Assembly (NCBI GenBank): GCA_039679545.1
Contig: JBDKUT010000154.1
Span: forward strand, 1-16,874
DNA: 16,874 bases
Reading direction: 5' to 3'
Origin: Thermotogota bacterium
GTDB taxonomy: Bacteria > Bipolaricaulota > Bipolaricaulia > UBA7950 > UBA9294
Positions 1-7,361 of this stretch are shown here, piece after piece. The translations under genes were made by a program, and so were the position numbers. Below the pieces are notes generated by a model, which saw nothing but the letters and a program-made list of their open reading frames with translations, did no database searches and had not been told where the DNA came from. Each line of letters starts with the position of its first letter. The stretch's first letter is position 1.

Positions 1-841
1 GGCCGGGGGGGCGGTCTTCACGCTCTTGTGGATTGCCGGGGTCGGCGTCGTGGCCTGTTTCGTCCCGCTGGGGCCGTCGGCTCCCTTCGTCATCGCGTCA
101 GGGCTTTCGATGGCGGCGATCGGGGCCCTCGATGATCTCCTGTCGTGGCGACGGCGGCAGTCGATGGGGCTTTCGGGGTGGCAGAAGATCGGGCTCATCA
201 CCCTTGCCTCGACGGCTCTCTTCGTGTTCCTGCGCCCGAGCCTTGCGACAAGCGTCGCCATTCCCTTCACGGCGCAGAGCGTGACGTTGCCGCCCGTGGC
301 GCTCTTCTTTTTGACGTGGGCGGTATTCCTCTCGACGACGAACGCCGTCAACCTGACCGACGGACTCGACGGACTTGCGGCCGGAGTCGGCGGATTGGTC
401 GTTCTGGGGCTCTTGCTCCTACGGCCCTCCGTCGAGTCCGCGGCGCTCCTCGTTCCCCTGATCGCCGTGCTTGCCGGGTTCCTGTGGCAGAACGCGCCTC
501 CGGCGCGGCTCTTCATGGGTGACGTCGGCGCGTTCGCCCTCGGCGGCGTCGTGGCCGGGTTCGCCCTCACGAGTGGAACGGTCTTCCTCCTCCCCTTTGT
601 GGCAGGCGTTCCCGTCCTCGAGACGGCGTCGGACATCGTGCAGGTTGCCTCGTGGAAGCTGCGGGGAAAGAGGGTTTTCCGCATGGCTCCGCTCCACCAC
701 CACTTCGAGGCGGGACCGGCATCGATGAGTTTGTTCCGGGCTCCAGGGTGGCCTGAGCAGCAGGTGACGGTTCGATTCTGGATCGTGGAGGTGTTGTTCG
801 TCGGTCTCGCGCTTGCCGCGGGATGGGCCGGGCGTGGGTAG
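1..841 (+). CDS. mraY: Phospho-N-acetylmuramoyl-pentapeptide transferase, 5'-truncated by the window edge
   Basis: Frame is open from base 2 (AGGAVFTLLW...). Polytopic hydrophobic protein with MraY motifs GALDD, NAVNLTDGLDGLA, FMGDVG and MAPLHHHFE...W.E..VTVRFW. Stop TAG at 839-841. Confidence 0.95.
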   Translation, partial: AGGAVFTLLWIAGVGVVACFVPLGPSAPFVIASGLSMAAIGALDDLLSWRRRQSMGLSGWQKIGLITLASTALFVFLRPSLATSVAIPFTAQSVTLPPVALFFLTWAVFLSTTNAVNLTDGLDGLAAGVGGLVVLGLLLLRPSVESAALLVPLIAVLAGFLWQNAPPARLFMGDVGAFALGGVVAGFALTSGTVFLLPFVAGVPVLETASDIVQVASWKLRGKRVFRMAPLHHHFEAGPASMSLFRAPGWPEQQVTVRFWIVEVLFVGLALAAGWAGRG

Positions 842-862
842 ACTGGATTTCGTGCCCCGTAG

Positions 863-883
863 AAAAAAACGCTGCCCGGCGTC
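863..883 (-). terminator. Possible weak intrinsic terminator after tRNA-Leu
   Basis: Minus strand reads GACGC-CGGGCA-GCGTT running into a T7 tract, 18 nt downstream of the tRNA. The stem is short. Confidence 0.4.
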
Positions 884-900
884 GCAAGGATCCTTCCGTA

Positions 901-986
<86 letters not shown>

Positions 987-997
987 TTGAGGAGTCA

Positions 998-1026
998 AGT
1001 GTAGGAGGGGAGTTTGAGTCTGTCAA
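998..1026 (-). promoter_or_regulatory. Sigma70-type promoter of tRNA-Leu
   Basis: Minus strand TTGACA (1026-1021), 17-nt spacer, TACACT (1003-998), 11 nt upstream of the mature tRNA 5' end. Confidence 0.85.
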
Positions 1027-1149
1027 GGAACCGGCTGCATTGTGCACGTTCCTGTCGCTGTTTCAGGGATTGCTCGCGCCGGGCGTGCCGGGGGACGGCG
1101 TCTCGACGCCTCACACACCCAGGGATGCAGGTCGGAACTCGACAGGCAT

Positions 1150-1178
1150 TTGGCTTACTCTGTGATTTGCGTTACAAT
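1150..1178 (+). promoter_or_regulatory. Putative sigma70 promoter of the crp-like gene, overlapped by a CRP-like box
   Basis: TTGGCT (1150-1155), 17-nt spacer, TACAAT (1173-1178). TGTGA-N6-TTACA at 1161-1176 is one mismatch from the CRP consensus TGTGA-N6-TCACA. Confidence 0.6.
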
Positions 1179-1276
1179 ACGGACGCTTGACCCCGCCATG
1201 CGGGTGATGAGGGGGCGAGGGTGAGGGGACACACGGTTTGACCAGTCGATAGGCAAGTGCCAAGAGGGGGTTAGGC

Positions 1277-1951
1277 ATGGTTGACCTGAAGGACTTTCGC
1301 ATCTTTTGCGACCTGAAGGACAAGGAACTCGAGAAGCTCCGCGAAACCGTGCGCACGATCAACTACGGGCGAGGCGAGATCATTTTTCAAGAGGGGGCGC
1401 CGGCGTTCGGCTTCTACCTCGTGTTCGACGGCATGGTGAAGCTCGTCAAACGCAGCATGCGTGCGAAGAGCCAGATTCTGAAGATTGTCGGCCCCGGAGA
1501 AGTCATCGGCGAGACCACACTGTTCGACAAGGGGAGCCACAACGCCTACGCCAAGACGCTCGACCCCGTTGTGGTTGGCTTCATTGAGCGGGGGGACTTC
1601 TTCTATTTCCTCGAGAGACATCCGAAGACCATCTTCCGCCTGTACGAGAAGCTGTCCGAGGAGTTGAAGGCATTCCAGAACAAGCTTGCGGAGCGGTCGT
1701 ACTCCTCGAGCAAGGAACGCCTCGCGCGACTGATCCTCCACCTCGGGAAGAGCGGCGTCGAACTCTCCCGCGCCGAGTTGGCTGAAATGGCGGGCGTGTC
1801 GTCGAAGACAGCGATTCGTACGCTCAGTGAGCTGGAAAGTCGCGGGATCATTGCGATCGAGAGCCGTAGGATCAAGATCCTTCGCGAGGAGTACCTGCAG
1901 AAGATTGTCGAGCCGTTCTCCTCGAACCTGAATCCGAATTTGATCATCTGA
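1277..1951 (+). CDS. Crp/Fnr family transcriptional regulator
   Basis: cNMP-binding fold (YGRGEIIFQEG...FYLVFDGMVKL...GPGEVIGE), a C-helix ending KERLARLIL, and an HTH (LSRAELAEMAGVSSKTAIRTLSELE). GAGGGGG RBS upstream of ATG. Confidence 0.93.
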   Translation: MVDLKDFRIFCDLKDKELEKLRETVRTINYGRGEIIFQEGAPAFGFYLVFDGMVKLVKRSMRAKSQILKIVGPGEVIGETTLFDKGSHNAYAKTLDPVVVGFIERGDFFYFLERHPKTIFRLYEKLSEELKAFQNKLAERSYSSSKERLARLILHLGKSGVELSRAELAEMAGVSSKTAIRTLSELESRGIIAIESRRIKILREEYLQKIVEPFSSNLNPNLII

Positions 1952-1982
1952 CGCCAAGACGGGAGGAACGTCCGCCGGCTGG

Positions 1983-3923
1983 GTGACGGGTGTCCTTTCG
2001 CCGGATCACCTGAGTTCGTACGGTCAGGACAGGCATCTGTCTTCGCGTACGCATCGAGCGGCCAAGGATGGTCGGGCATTGGCGAGCGGTCTGAACCCTA
2101 CCGAACGGACGATTGTCGTTGTCATCGCGCTGATCTTCGCGGTGGTGGCTAGCGTTGCCTTGCCCATGGCGGCAGGGCTCCCTGCGCTTCCCGTGGTCGG
2201 CGTTGCCTTCGCCGTTCCCCTCATCTTCGGAACCTGGACACTGCGTCTTCGAGCCGCGGTGGTTCTTTCCCTAGCGATCTGCGTCGCGAGCGCTCTCTTC
2301 CTCGTGTTCTCCAGCGCGCCGTCCGTCGGTGCGATCGTAGCGCTCTGCGCGGGAGACGTGGCCGTAGGCGCGGGGATCGGGTGGCTCAACGGGCGGAAGC
2401 AGAGCCGCGAAGCGAAGTGGCGACATGCCAAGGCCCTGAAAGAGCGGCACGACAAGGAGACGTTTGAACCGGCGATCAACCTCTTTCACTTCATCGACCG
2501 CGAGGGCACGGCGCTGCGGCGCAACGAGGCGTCACGGGCGGCGATCGGGTTCGCAACGAAGCGCTCCCTCCAACTCTCGGAGTACGTTCATCCCGAGGAC
2601 ATGGATCGGATGAAGGCAGAGCTCTTCCGCCTGTTCGAACGCGAGGAGATCCGCGGCGTCAAGATCCGCTTCATCTCGGAGGAGCGGAAAGCGTTCCCCG
2701 TCGAGCTGCGTGGCACTCGGATTGGGGAAAGGCTGGCCATTCTCGAGGCTCGCGATCGCAGCCGAGAGGACGAGCTCGAGCGTCGGGTGATGGAAACCGA
2801 GGCTCGCTACCGCATTCTGATCGAGAAAGCGATCGACACCCTCGACTCGGGGATCGTCCTTACCGATCAGCGCCAGGAGGTCGTGTGGGCCAACGCGACC
2901 GTCGGACGCTTTTTCGGGATTGATCGGGATCGCCTGATCGGCGTCGACGACAAGCGCGCCCGCTCGCGGTACGTCGGCGCGTTCGAGGAGGCCCAGTCCT
3001 TCTCCGAGGCGGTGGAGCGAGCGGTCGACAAGGGCGAGAAGGTCGAGTCGATGACATGCCACGTTCGTCCGACGCTCGGACGGGAGGAGCGCGTCCTCGA
3101 GTACCGGTCGCTCCCCATCGACGCCGATCGCGGCCGAAAGGGACGGATCGACCACTTCATCGACGTCACGGAGCTGAAACGCCTTGAGGCGAGCCTGCGG
3201 GAGAAGACAGACAACCTCGAGAAGTCGAACGAGAAGCTCGAGGAGTTCTCTCACGTCGTCTCCCACGACCTTAAGGAGCCGTTGCGCACGATCGAGACGT
3301 TCTCAGGCTTCCTCCTCGAGGACTACCACGACAAGCTGGACGAGGAGGGCGTCGACTACCTGAACACGTTAAAGCGGACGTCGGCGCGGATGCGGCAGCT
3401 GATCAACGACCTTCTCTCCCTGGCCAGCATCCGCATGGACGTCCGGTCCTTCGAGCGCATCAACACCCAGCGCGTCCTCGAAGAGGTCCAGGAGGACCTC
3501 GAGATCCGTCTGAAGGGGGTCAGCCTTCAGGTGGCGTCGGACCTCCCGCCGGTCAAGGGGAGCAAGGTCCGGATCAGCGAGCTGTTCAGCAATTTGATCG
3601 TGAACGCGATCAAGTACAACGACAAGGCGCTGCCGACGCTTCGTGTGGGCTGGCAGAACGACGCGCGACACAGCGAGATGGTGACGTTCTTCGTCGAGGA
3701 CAACGGGATCGGCATCGAGGAACGCTACCAGGAGAGAATCTTCGGCATCTTCGAGAAGCTGAATCCGCGAGAGGACGTCGAAGGCACAGGGGCTGGTTTG
3801 GCGATCTGCAAACGGATCGTGGAAGAGCACGGTGGAAAGATCTGGGTGAACTCGGAAGTTGGCAAAGGGAGCACGTTCTACTTTACCATTCCCAGAGCTC
3901 GAGAGGTGGAATCCAATGCATAG
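1983..3923 (+). CDS. Membrane-anchored PAS-PAS sensor histidine kinase
   Basis: About 4 N-terminal hydrophobic segments and two PAS-like repeats (YVHPED; GIVLTD...VWAN). H-box SHDLKEPLRTI, N-box NLIVNAIKY, G1 VEDNGIGI, G2 GTGAGLAICKRIVEEHGG. The exact start codon is uncertain and may lie further downstream. Confidence 0.93.
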   Translation: MTGVLSPDHLSSYGQDRHLSSRTHRAAKDGRALASGLNPTERTIVVVIALIFAVVASVALPMAAGLPALPVVGVAFAVPLIFGTWTLRLRAAVVLSLAICVASALFLVFSSAPSVGAIVALCAGDVAVGAGIGWLNGRKQSREAKWRHAKALKERHDKETFEPAINLFHFIDREGTALRRNEASRAAIGFATKRSLQLSEYVHPEDMDRMKAELFRLFEREEIRGVKIRFISEERKAFPVELRGTRIGERLAILEARDRSREDELERRVMETEARYRILIEKAIDTLDSGIVLTDQRQEVVWANATVGRFFGIDRDRLIGVDDKRARSRYVGAFEEAQSFSEAVERAVDKGEKVESMTCHVRPTLGREERVLEYRSLPIDADRGRKGRIDHFIDVTELKRLEASLREKTDNLEKSNEKLEEFSHVVSHDLKEPLRTIETFSGFLLEDYHDKLDEEGVDYLNTLKRTSARMRQLINDLLSLASIRMDVRSFERINTQRVLEEVQEDLEIRLKGVSLQVASDLPPVKGSKVRISELFSNLIVNAIKYNDKALPTLRVGWQNDARHSEMVTFFVEDNGIGIEERYQERIFGIFEKLNPREDVEGTGAGLAICKRIVEEHGGKIWVNSEVGKGSTFYFTIPRAREVESNA

Positions 3924-4350
3924 CCTCGAAAAGATGAAGGTTCTGGTTGTCGAGGACAACCCGAACGACGTCACGATCATCAAGCGCGCGATGCGGAAGA
4001 GCGACGTGAAGTGCGAGCTCTACTTCGCCAGCGACGGTGAGGAGGCGCTCAACCTCCTGTACCAGACCGGCGAGTTTCAGGACACGCCGCGCCCGGACCT
4101 GATCCTTCTCGACATCAACCTGCCCAAGATCAACGGGCTGGAAGTCCTCGCGAAGGTGAAGGAGGACGAGCGCCTGCGCCGCATCCCCGTCATCGTCCTG
4201 ACGATCTCGGAGCGGGAAGAGGACATGGTCAAGGCCTACGACAGCGGGGCCGCGAGCTACATGACCAAGCCCGTGGATTCGAAGGACTTCGAGCGCTTGA
4301 TCCAGACCGTGCAGGACTACTGGCGGATCGCCCAAATCCCCCCGAAGTAA
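3916..4350 (+). CDS. Single-domain response regulator (CheY-like, Rcp1-type)
   Basis: ATG at 3916 behind GAGGTG, overlapping the kinase stop. Motifs VLVVEDN, PDLILLDINLPK (phosphoacceptor Asp), IPVIVLT and YMTKP. No output domain. Confidence 0.93.
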   Translation: MHSLEKMKVLVVEDNPNDVTIIKRAMRKSDVKCELYFASDGEEALNLLYQTGEFQDTPRPDLILLDINLPKINGLEVLAKVKEDERLRRIPVIVLTISEREEDMVKAYDSGAASYMTKPVDSKDFERLIQTVQDYWRIAQIPPK

Positions 4351-4705
4351 GCGGGGGAGAGAAGGACATCCGTCTCGTCTTCGGTTCCCGCCCGGGCGGG
4401 GTGTTCGGTGCGAACGCCCAGCCCGGGCGTGCTCGTTGGCGGCGGCCGACGCGTTCCGCCGACTACGCTCTACCTGCTTGTGACAGGAAGTGGCGCCGGT
4501 CGCGTGCGAGGGCGTCGAGGAGCGACCCAAGCGGTCGATCCACGGGATCGATCGTGCCTCCTTACCCAACTTCCTCCACCGGTTCGAGAGCCCGGTGGAC
4601 GACCTCTCGCGGCGTACCGATAGGGGAACGGGGCGAATCGCTGGGCGGGCCCACCCGCAAGCGGAAAGGCAAGATTCCGGGCCACGGTCGACGATTCCTA
4701 CCCCA

Positions 4706-4739
4706 GGGAAGGTGGACGAGGCAGCAGGTCCACCTTCCC
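4706..4739. terminator. Perfect 12-bp inverted repeat between convergent genes (terminator or 3'-end stabiliser)
   Basis: GGGAAGGTGGAC-N10-GTCCACCTTCCC. A pyrimidine tract TTTCTTTT follows at 4751-4758 on +. It lies 31 nt past the stop of the minus-strand gene. Confidence 0.5.
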
Positions 4740-4770
4740 ATCCCCCAGCCTTTCTTTTCCCAGAACCGGG

Positions 4771-5517
4771 CTACCGATCGCTCATGAAGTACTCGTAGAT
4801 TCGCTCCGCCGCCGCGATGATGTCGACCTGTTGGTTCGCCTCGAGGGTCTTGCCGGCCTGGGCGACAAGAGCCGACATGGCCTCGGCGACGTCCGTCGGA
4901 ACCAGGAACGGCGGCGCCGACGCGCCTGGAGCACCGTAGAGGATGTCGCCGATCTCCGGCGAGACCCTGACGAGTCCGGGCGCGAGGAGAAGCCCCCGTA
5001 CGGCGAACGCCCCGGCGAGCTCCCATCGTTCCCGGCCGCTTCCGGCCGCCTCGAGCGCCGCGTTGAGCGCGGACTCGAAGGACTTGTTCATCCCGTAGAT
5101 TGACACGAAGAGGCCCGAGTCGCTCCACATGGCGAGCGTATGGAGGTCAGCTTCCCCCGCCGGAGGCAGCGTCCGAAGCTCGTCTCCGAAGGCCTCGCAG
5201 AGCGCGGCGGCCTCGCCGCGCAGTCGAACGAGGTAACCGAGGGTCTCGACGGGGGTCGACACCGTCTGCGTGATCAGGGTCAGCTGGAGTGCGTCGAGCG
5301 CCGCGGGGAACGCGTCGCACGCGGTCCCCAGGTCCGCCGGGACAACGACCTCCGATCCCGCAAACAGGTAGTCCGCGTAGCTGCGATGAAACTCGTAGAG
5401 CGGCGCGAACGCCGCGTAGGCGTCGGCGAACGAACTGCCGAGGGACGCAGCGGGAGACGCCGCCCCCGCTCCGGCGAGGACAAGGGTGCTGACGAGAGCA
5501 AGAACCGTAGAGCGCAT
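4771..5517 (-). CDS. Hypothetical secreted protein (248 aa)
   Basis: Signal-peptide-like N-terminus MRSTVLALVSTLVLAGAGAA and a natural amino-acid composition (helical-looking, acidic). It fills the gap between features. No family recognised. Confidence 0.8.
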   Translation of the reverse strand: MRSTVLALVSTLVLAGAGAASPAASLGSSFADAYAAFAPLYEFHRSYADYLFAGSEVVVPADLGTACDAFPAALDALQLTLITQTVSTPVETLGYLVRLRGEAAALCEAFGDELRTLPPAGEADLHTLAMWSDSGLFVSIYGMNKSFESALNAALEAAGSGRERWELAGAFAVRGLLLAPGLVRVSPEIGDILYGAPGASAPPFLVPTDVAEAMSALVAQAGKTLEANQQVDIIAAAERIYEYFMSDR

Positions 5518-5523
5518 GGCTCG

Positions 5524-5529
5524 AGTATA
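5524..5529 (-). promoter_or_regulatory. -10 box positioned for a leaderless transcript
   Basis: Minus strand TATACT-CGAGCC-ATG. No SD and no clear -35. Confidence 0.5.
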
Positions 5530-5743
5530 ACGTGGGGGACCTGGCCGCCGGTGAGAACCAGCGGGGAAGATCTCGGTCCTCGGGGGCCACGTTGAAGAAC
5601 GATGAGAACTCCCACATTTCGTGGAGAAATCCTCCGACGTGGGGGGCGAGCGGCTTCACGAGGAGCGAGTTCCCACGCCGGATCGCCTAGGGGCCGTAGC
5701 GGTTTCGACTCGATTGTCCATCCCATGCGCTCGTTTCGCCTCT

Positions 5744-6523
5744 CTACGCGTCGAACTCGACGACGAGCGGCGTGTGGTCCGACGGCGCTTCGCCCGTTCG
5801 CGGCGCGAGGTCGATCCACGCGTTCGTCGACCGCCCGGCCAGAGGCTTCGTCGCCCAGACATGGTCGACGCGCCACCCGAGACCGCGCGCTACCGAGTCC
5901 TTGACCCGGTAGTCGAAGAACGTGTACTGGCCGGATTCCGGAACGTGGTATCGAAAGACGTCGACGAACCCCCACGCCTTGACGTCGGCCAGGGCTCGAT
6001 GCGCGTCGGGGTGGAAACAGACGTGGCCGAGGAGCCGCTTCGGGTCGTGGACGTCGATCGGTTCGGGGGCGACGTTGAAGTCTCCAGCCCAGACGACGGA
6101 CGAGCGTGGGGTGAACCGACGGTCGAAGTACCTTCGAAGCCGGGCCAGCCACTCGAGCTTGTAGGCGAACATGGGATCGGCGACGTCGCGTCCCTGGGGG
6201 ATGTACGTGTTGACGACGTGGATCTTGCCGAACGACGCGGTAGCCAGCCGGGTCTCGTCGAGAGGGCCGTCGTCCTCGAGTCCGAAGCGGACGTCGGACG
6301 GTTCCTTTGCGGACAGGATCGCCACGCCGTTGTAGCTCTTCTCGCCGCGGAAGACGCTCCGGTATCCCCGTTCGCGGAACGCGTCCGCCGGGAACGACTC
6401 GTCGACAACCTTCGTCTCCTGCAGACAAACGATGTCGGGGCGGACGTGGTCGAGCCACGGCCCGAGGATTGGGAGTCGTGCGCGCACCGAGTTCACGTTG
6501 TAGGTTGCGATCCGCAACGTCAT
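5744..6523 (-). CDS. xth: Exodeoxyribonuclease III / AP endonuclease
   Basis: Motifs IATYNVNSVRAR, DIVCLQETK, YNGVAILS, GDFNVAP, YTFFDYR, GWRVDH and SDHTP. RBS AAGGAG. Confidence 0.96.
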   Translation of the reverse strand: MTLRIATYNVNSVRARLPILGPWLDHVRPDIVCLQETKVVDESFPADAFRERGYRSVFRGEKSYNGVAILSAKEPSDVRFGLEDDGPLDETRLATASFGKIHVVNTYIPQGRDVADPMFAYKLEWLARLRRYFDRRFTPRSSVVWAGDFNVAPEPIDVHDPKRLLGHVCFHPDAHRALADVKAWGFVDVFRYHVPESGQYTFFDYRVKDSVARGLGWRVDHVWATKPLAGRSTNAWIDLAPRTGEAPSDHTPLVVEFDA

Positions 6524-6539
6524 CCTCTCTCCTTTGCCG

Positions 6540-7361
6540 TCACGGCGCGAGGATTCCCGAGACGGGGGTGACCTCGAGGCCTTCGTTCCGTAGCCGCTCG
6601 ATGTACGGGTTGATGCCGATCGAGTCGCTGGCGATGTGCCCCGTCACGACGAGGGTCTTCGCCGTTCCATACTCCCCGCGCAGCTGCTCGGCGTCGTCCG
6701 GACGACAGTGGATGTACACGACGGTGTCGACGCCGTGGTCGAAGTAGGTCTTCGCGACCGGGTATCCGCCGTTCGTTCCCGCCGCATGGGACACGACGAC
6801 GCGGCCGAGGCGGTGGTCGAGGGAGCCGACGAGCGCCTCGATTCGCGTGGAGGCGTGACGGAATTCTCCGAACGCGTCGTAGAGTGCCGTCACGAGGTCG
6901 TCGACCGTCGCGTCCGCGCCGACTCCATCGGCGACGGCGGCCATACGGCGGCGTCCAACCTCGTCGAGCGGGGTGTGGATGTTCAGGTACGGCATGTCGA
7001 GCAGCCGAGCGATTGAGGGATCGTGGTCGTAGTTTGACATCGAGTCGAGAACGCGTCGGGGCCCCGAGACGTTCTCGACGATCGATCGAGCGAGGTCCCG
7101 CGGAACGCCAACCTCCGCCATCTGATCCACGTGGCGACCGAGGACAGCGTGGAAGTTCAGGGTCGAGATCCCCACCGGGTGGTGCGCGACGACGGCGTCG
7201 TAGCCCAAGGTCTTCGCGAGCGCGATTTCGGGCGATCGCAGGTCGATGCCGATGAGAACCCGCTCGATCTCGTCCCCTGCGTAGTGAATCGCGCTGTCGC
7301 CGGGCACCTCGTGAAGACCGGCGAGCTCGAGAGCGATCTGCATCAGCTGTTCGGTGTTCAC
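6540..7361 (-). CDS. NIF3/DUF34-like putative dinuclear-metal protein (273 aa)
   Basis: Probable GTG start at 7361 (MNTEQLMQIALELAG) overlapping the upstream TGA (GTGA). Motifs LIGID, VAHHP, NIHTPLD and GHIASD resemble NIF3 metal ligands. The ORF-track N-terminal extension overlaps the kinase gene and is probably not translated. Confidence 0.7.
   Translation of the reverse strand: MNTEQLMQIALELAGLHEVPGDSAIHYAGDEIERVLIGIDLRSPEIALAKTLGYDAVVAHHPVGISTLNFHAVLGRHVDQMAEVGVPRDLARSIVENVSGPRRVLDSMSNYDHDPSIARLLDMPYLNIHTPLDEVGRRRMAAVADGVGADATVDDLVTALYDAFGEFRHASTRIEALVGSLDHRLGRVVVSHAAGTNGGYPVAKTYFDHGVDTVVYIHCRPDDAEQLRGEYGTAKTLVVTGHIASDSIGINPYIERLRNEGLEVTPVSGILAP

Noticed and set aside
4458..4483. ADYALPA reading, similar to a tmRNA tag
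   Set aside because: No in-frame stop follows and there are no tRNA-like termini around it.
4704..4727. SRP helix-8-like words CAGG...GCAGCA
   Set aside because: The GGAA-tetraloop stem between them is missing. The sequence is explained by the 12-bp hairpin.
4351..4785. RNase P RNA (size fits; CAGAACCGGGCTA resembles the 3' conserved region)
   Set aside because: There is no GAGGAAAGUCC-type 5' conserved region on either strand, and the look-alike runs into the stop codon of the opposite gene.
4401..4798. Short ORFs 4401-4787, 4408-4623, 4470-4685 and 4490-4798
   Set aside because: They are Arg/Pro/Gly-rich translations typical of non-coding high-GC frames, with no motifs or good RBS-start pairs.
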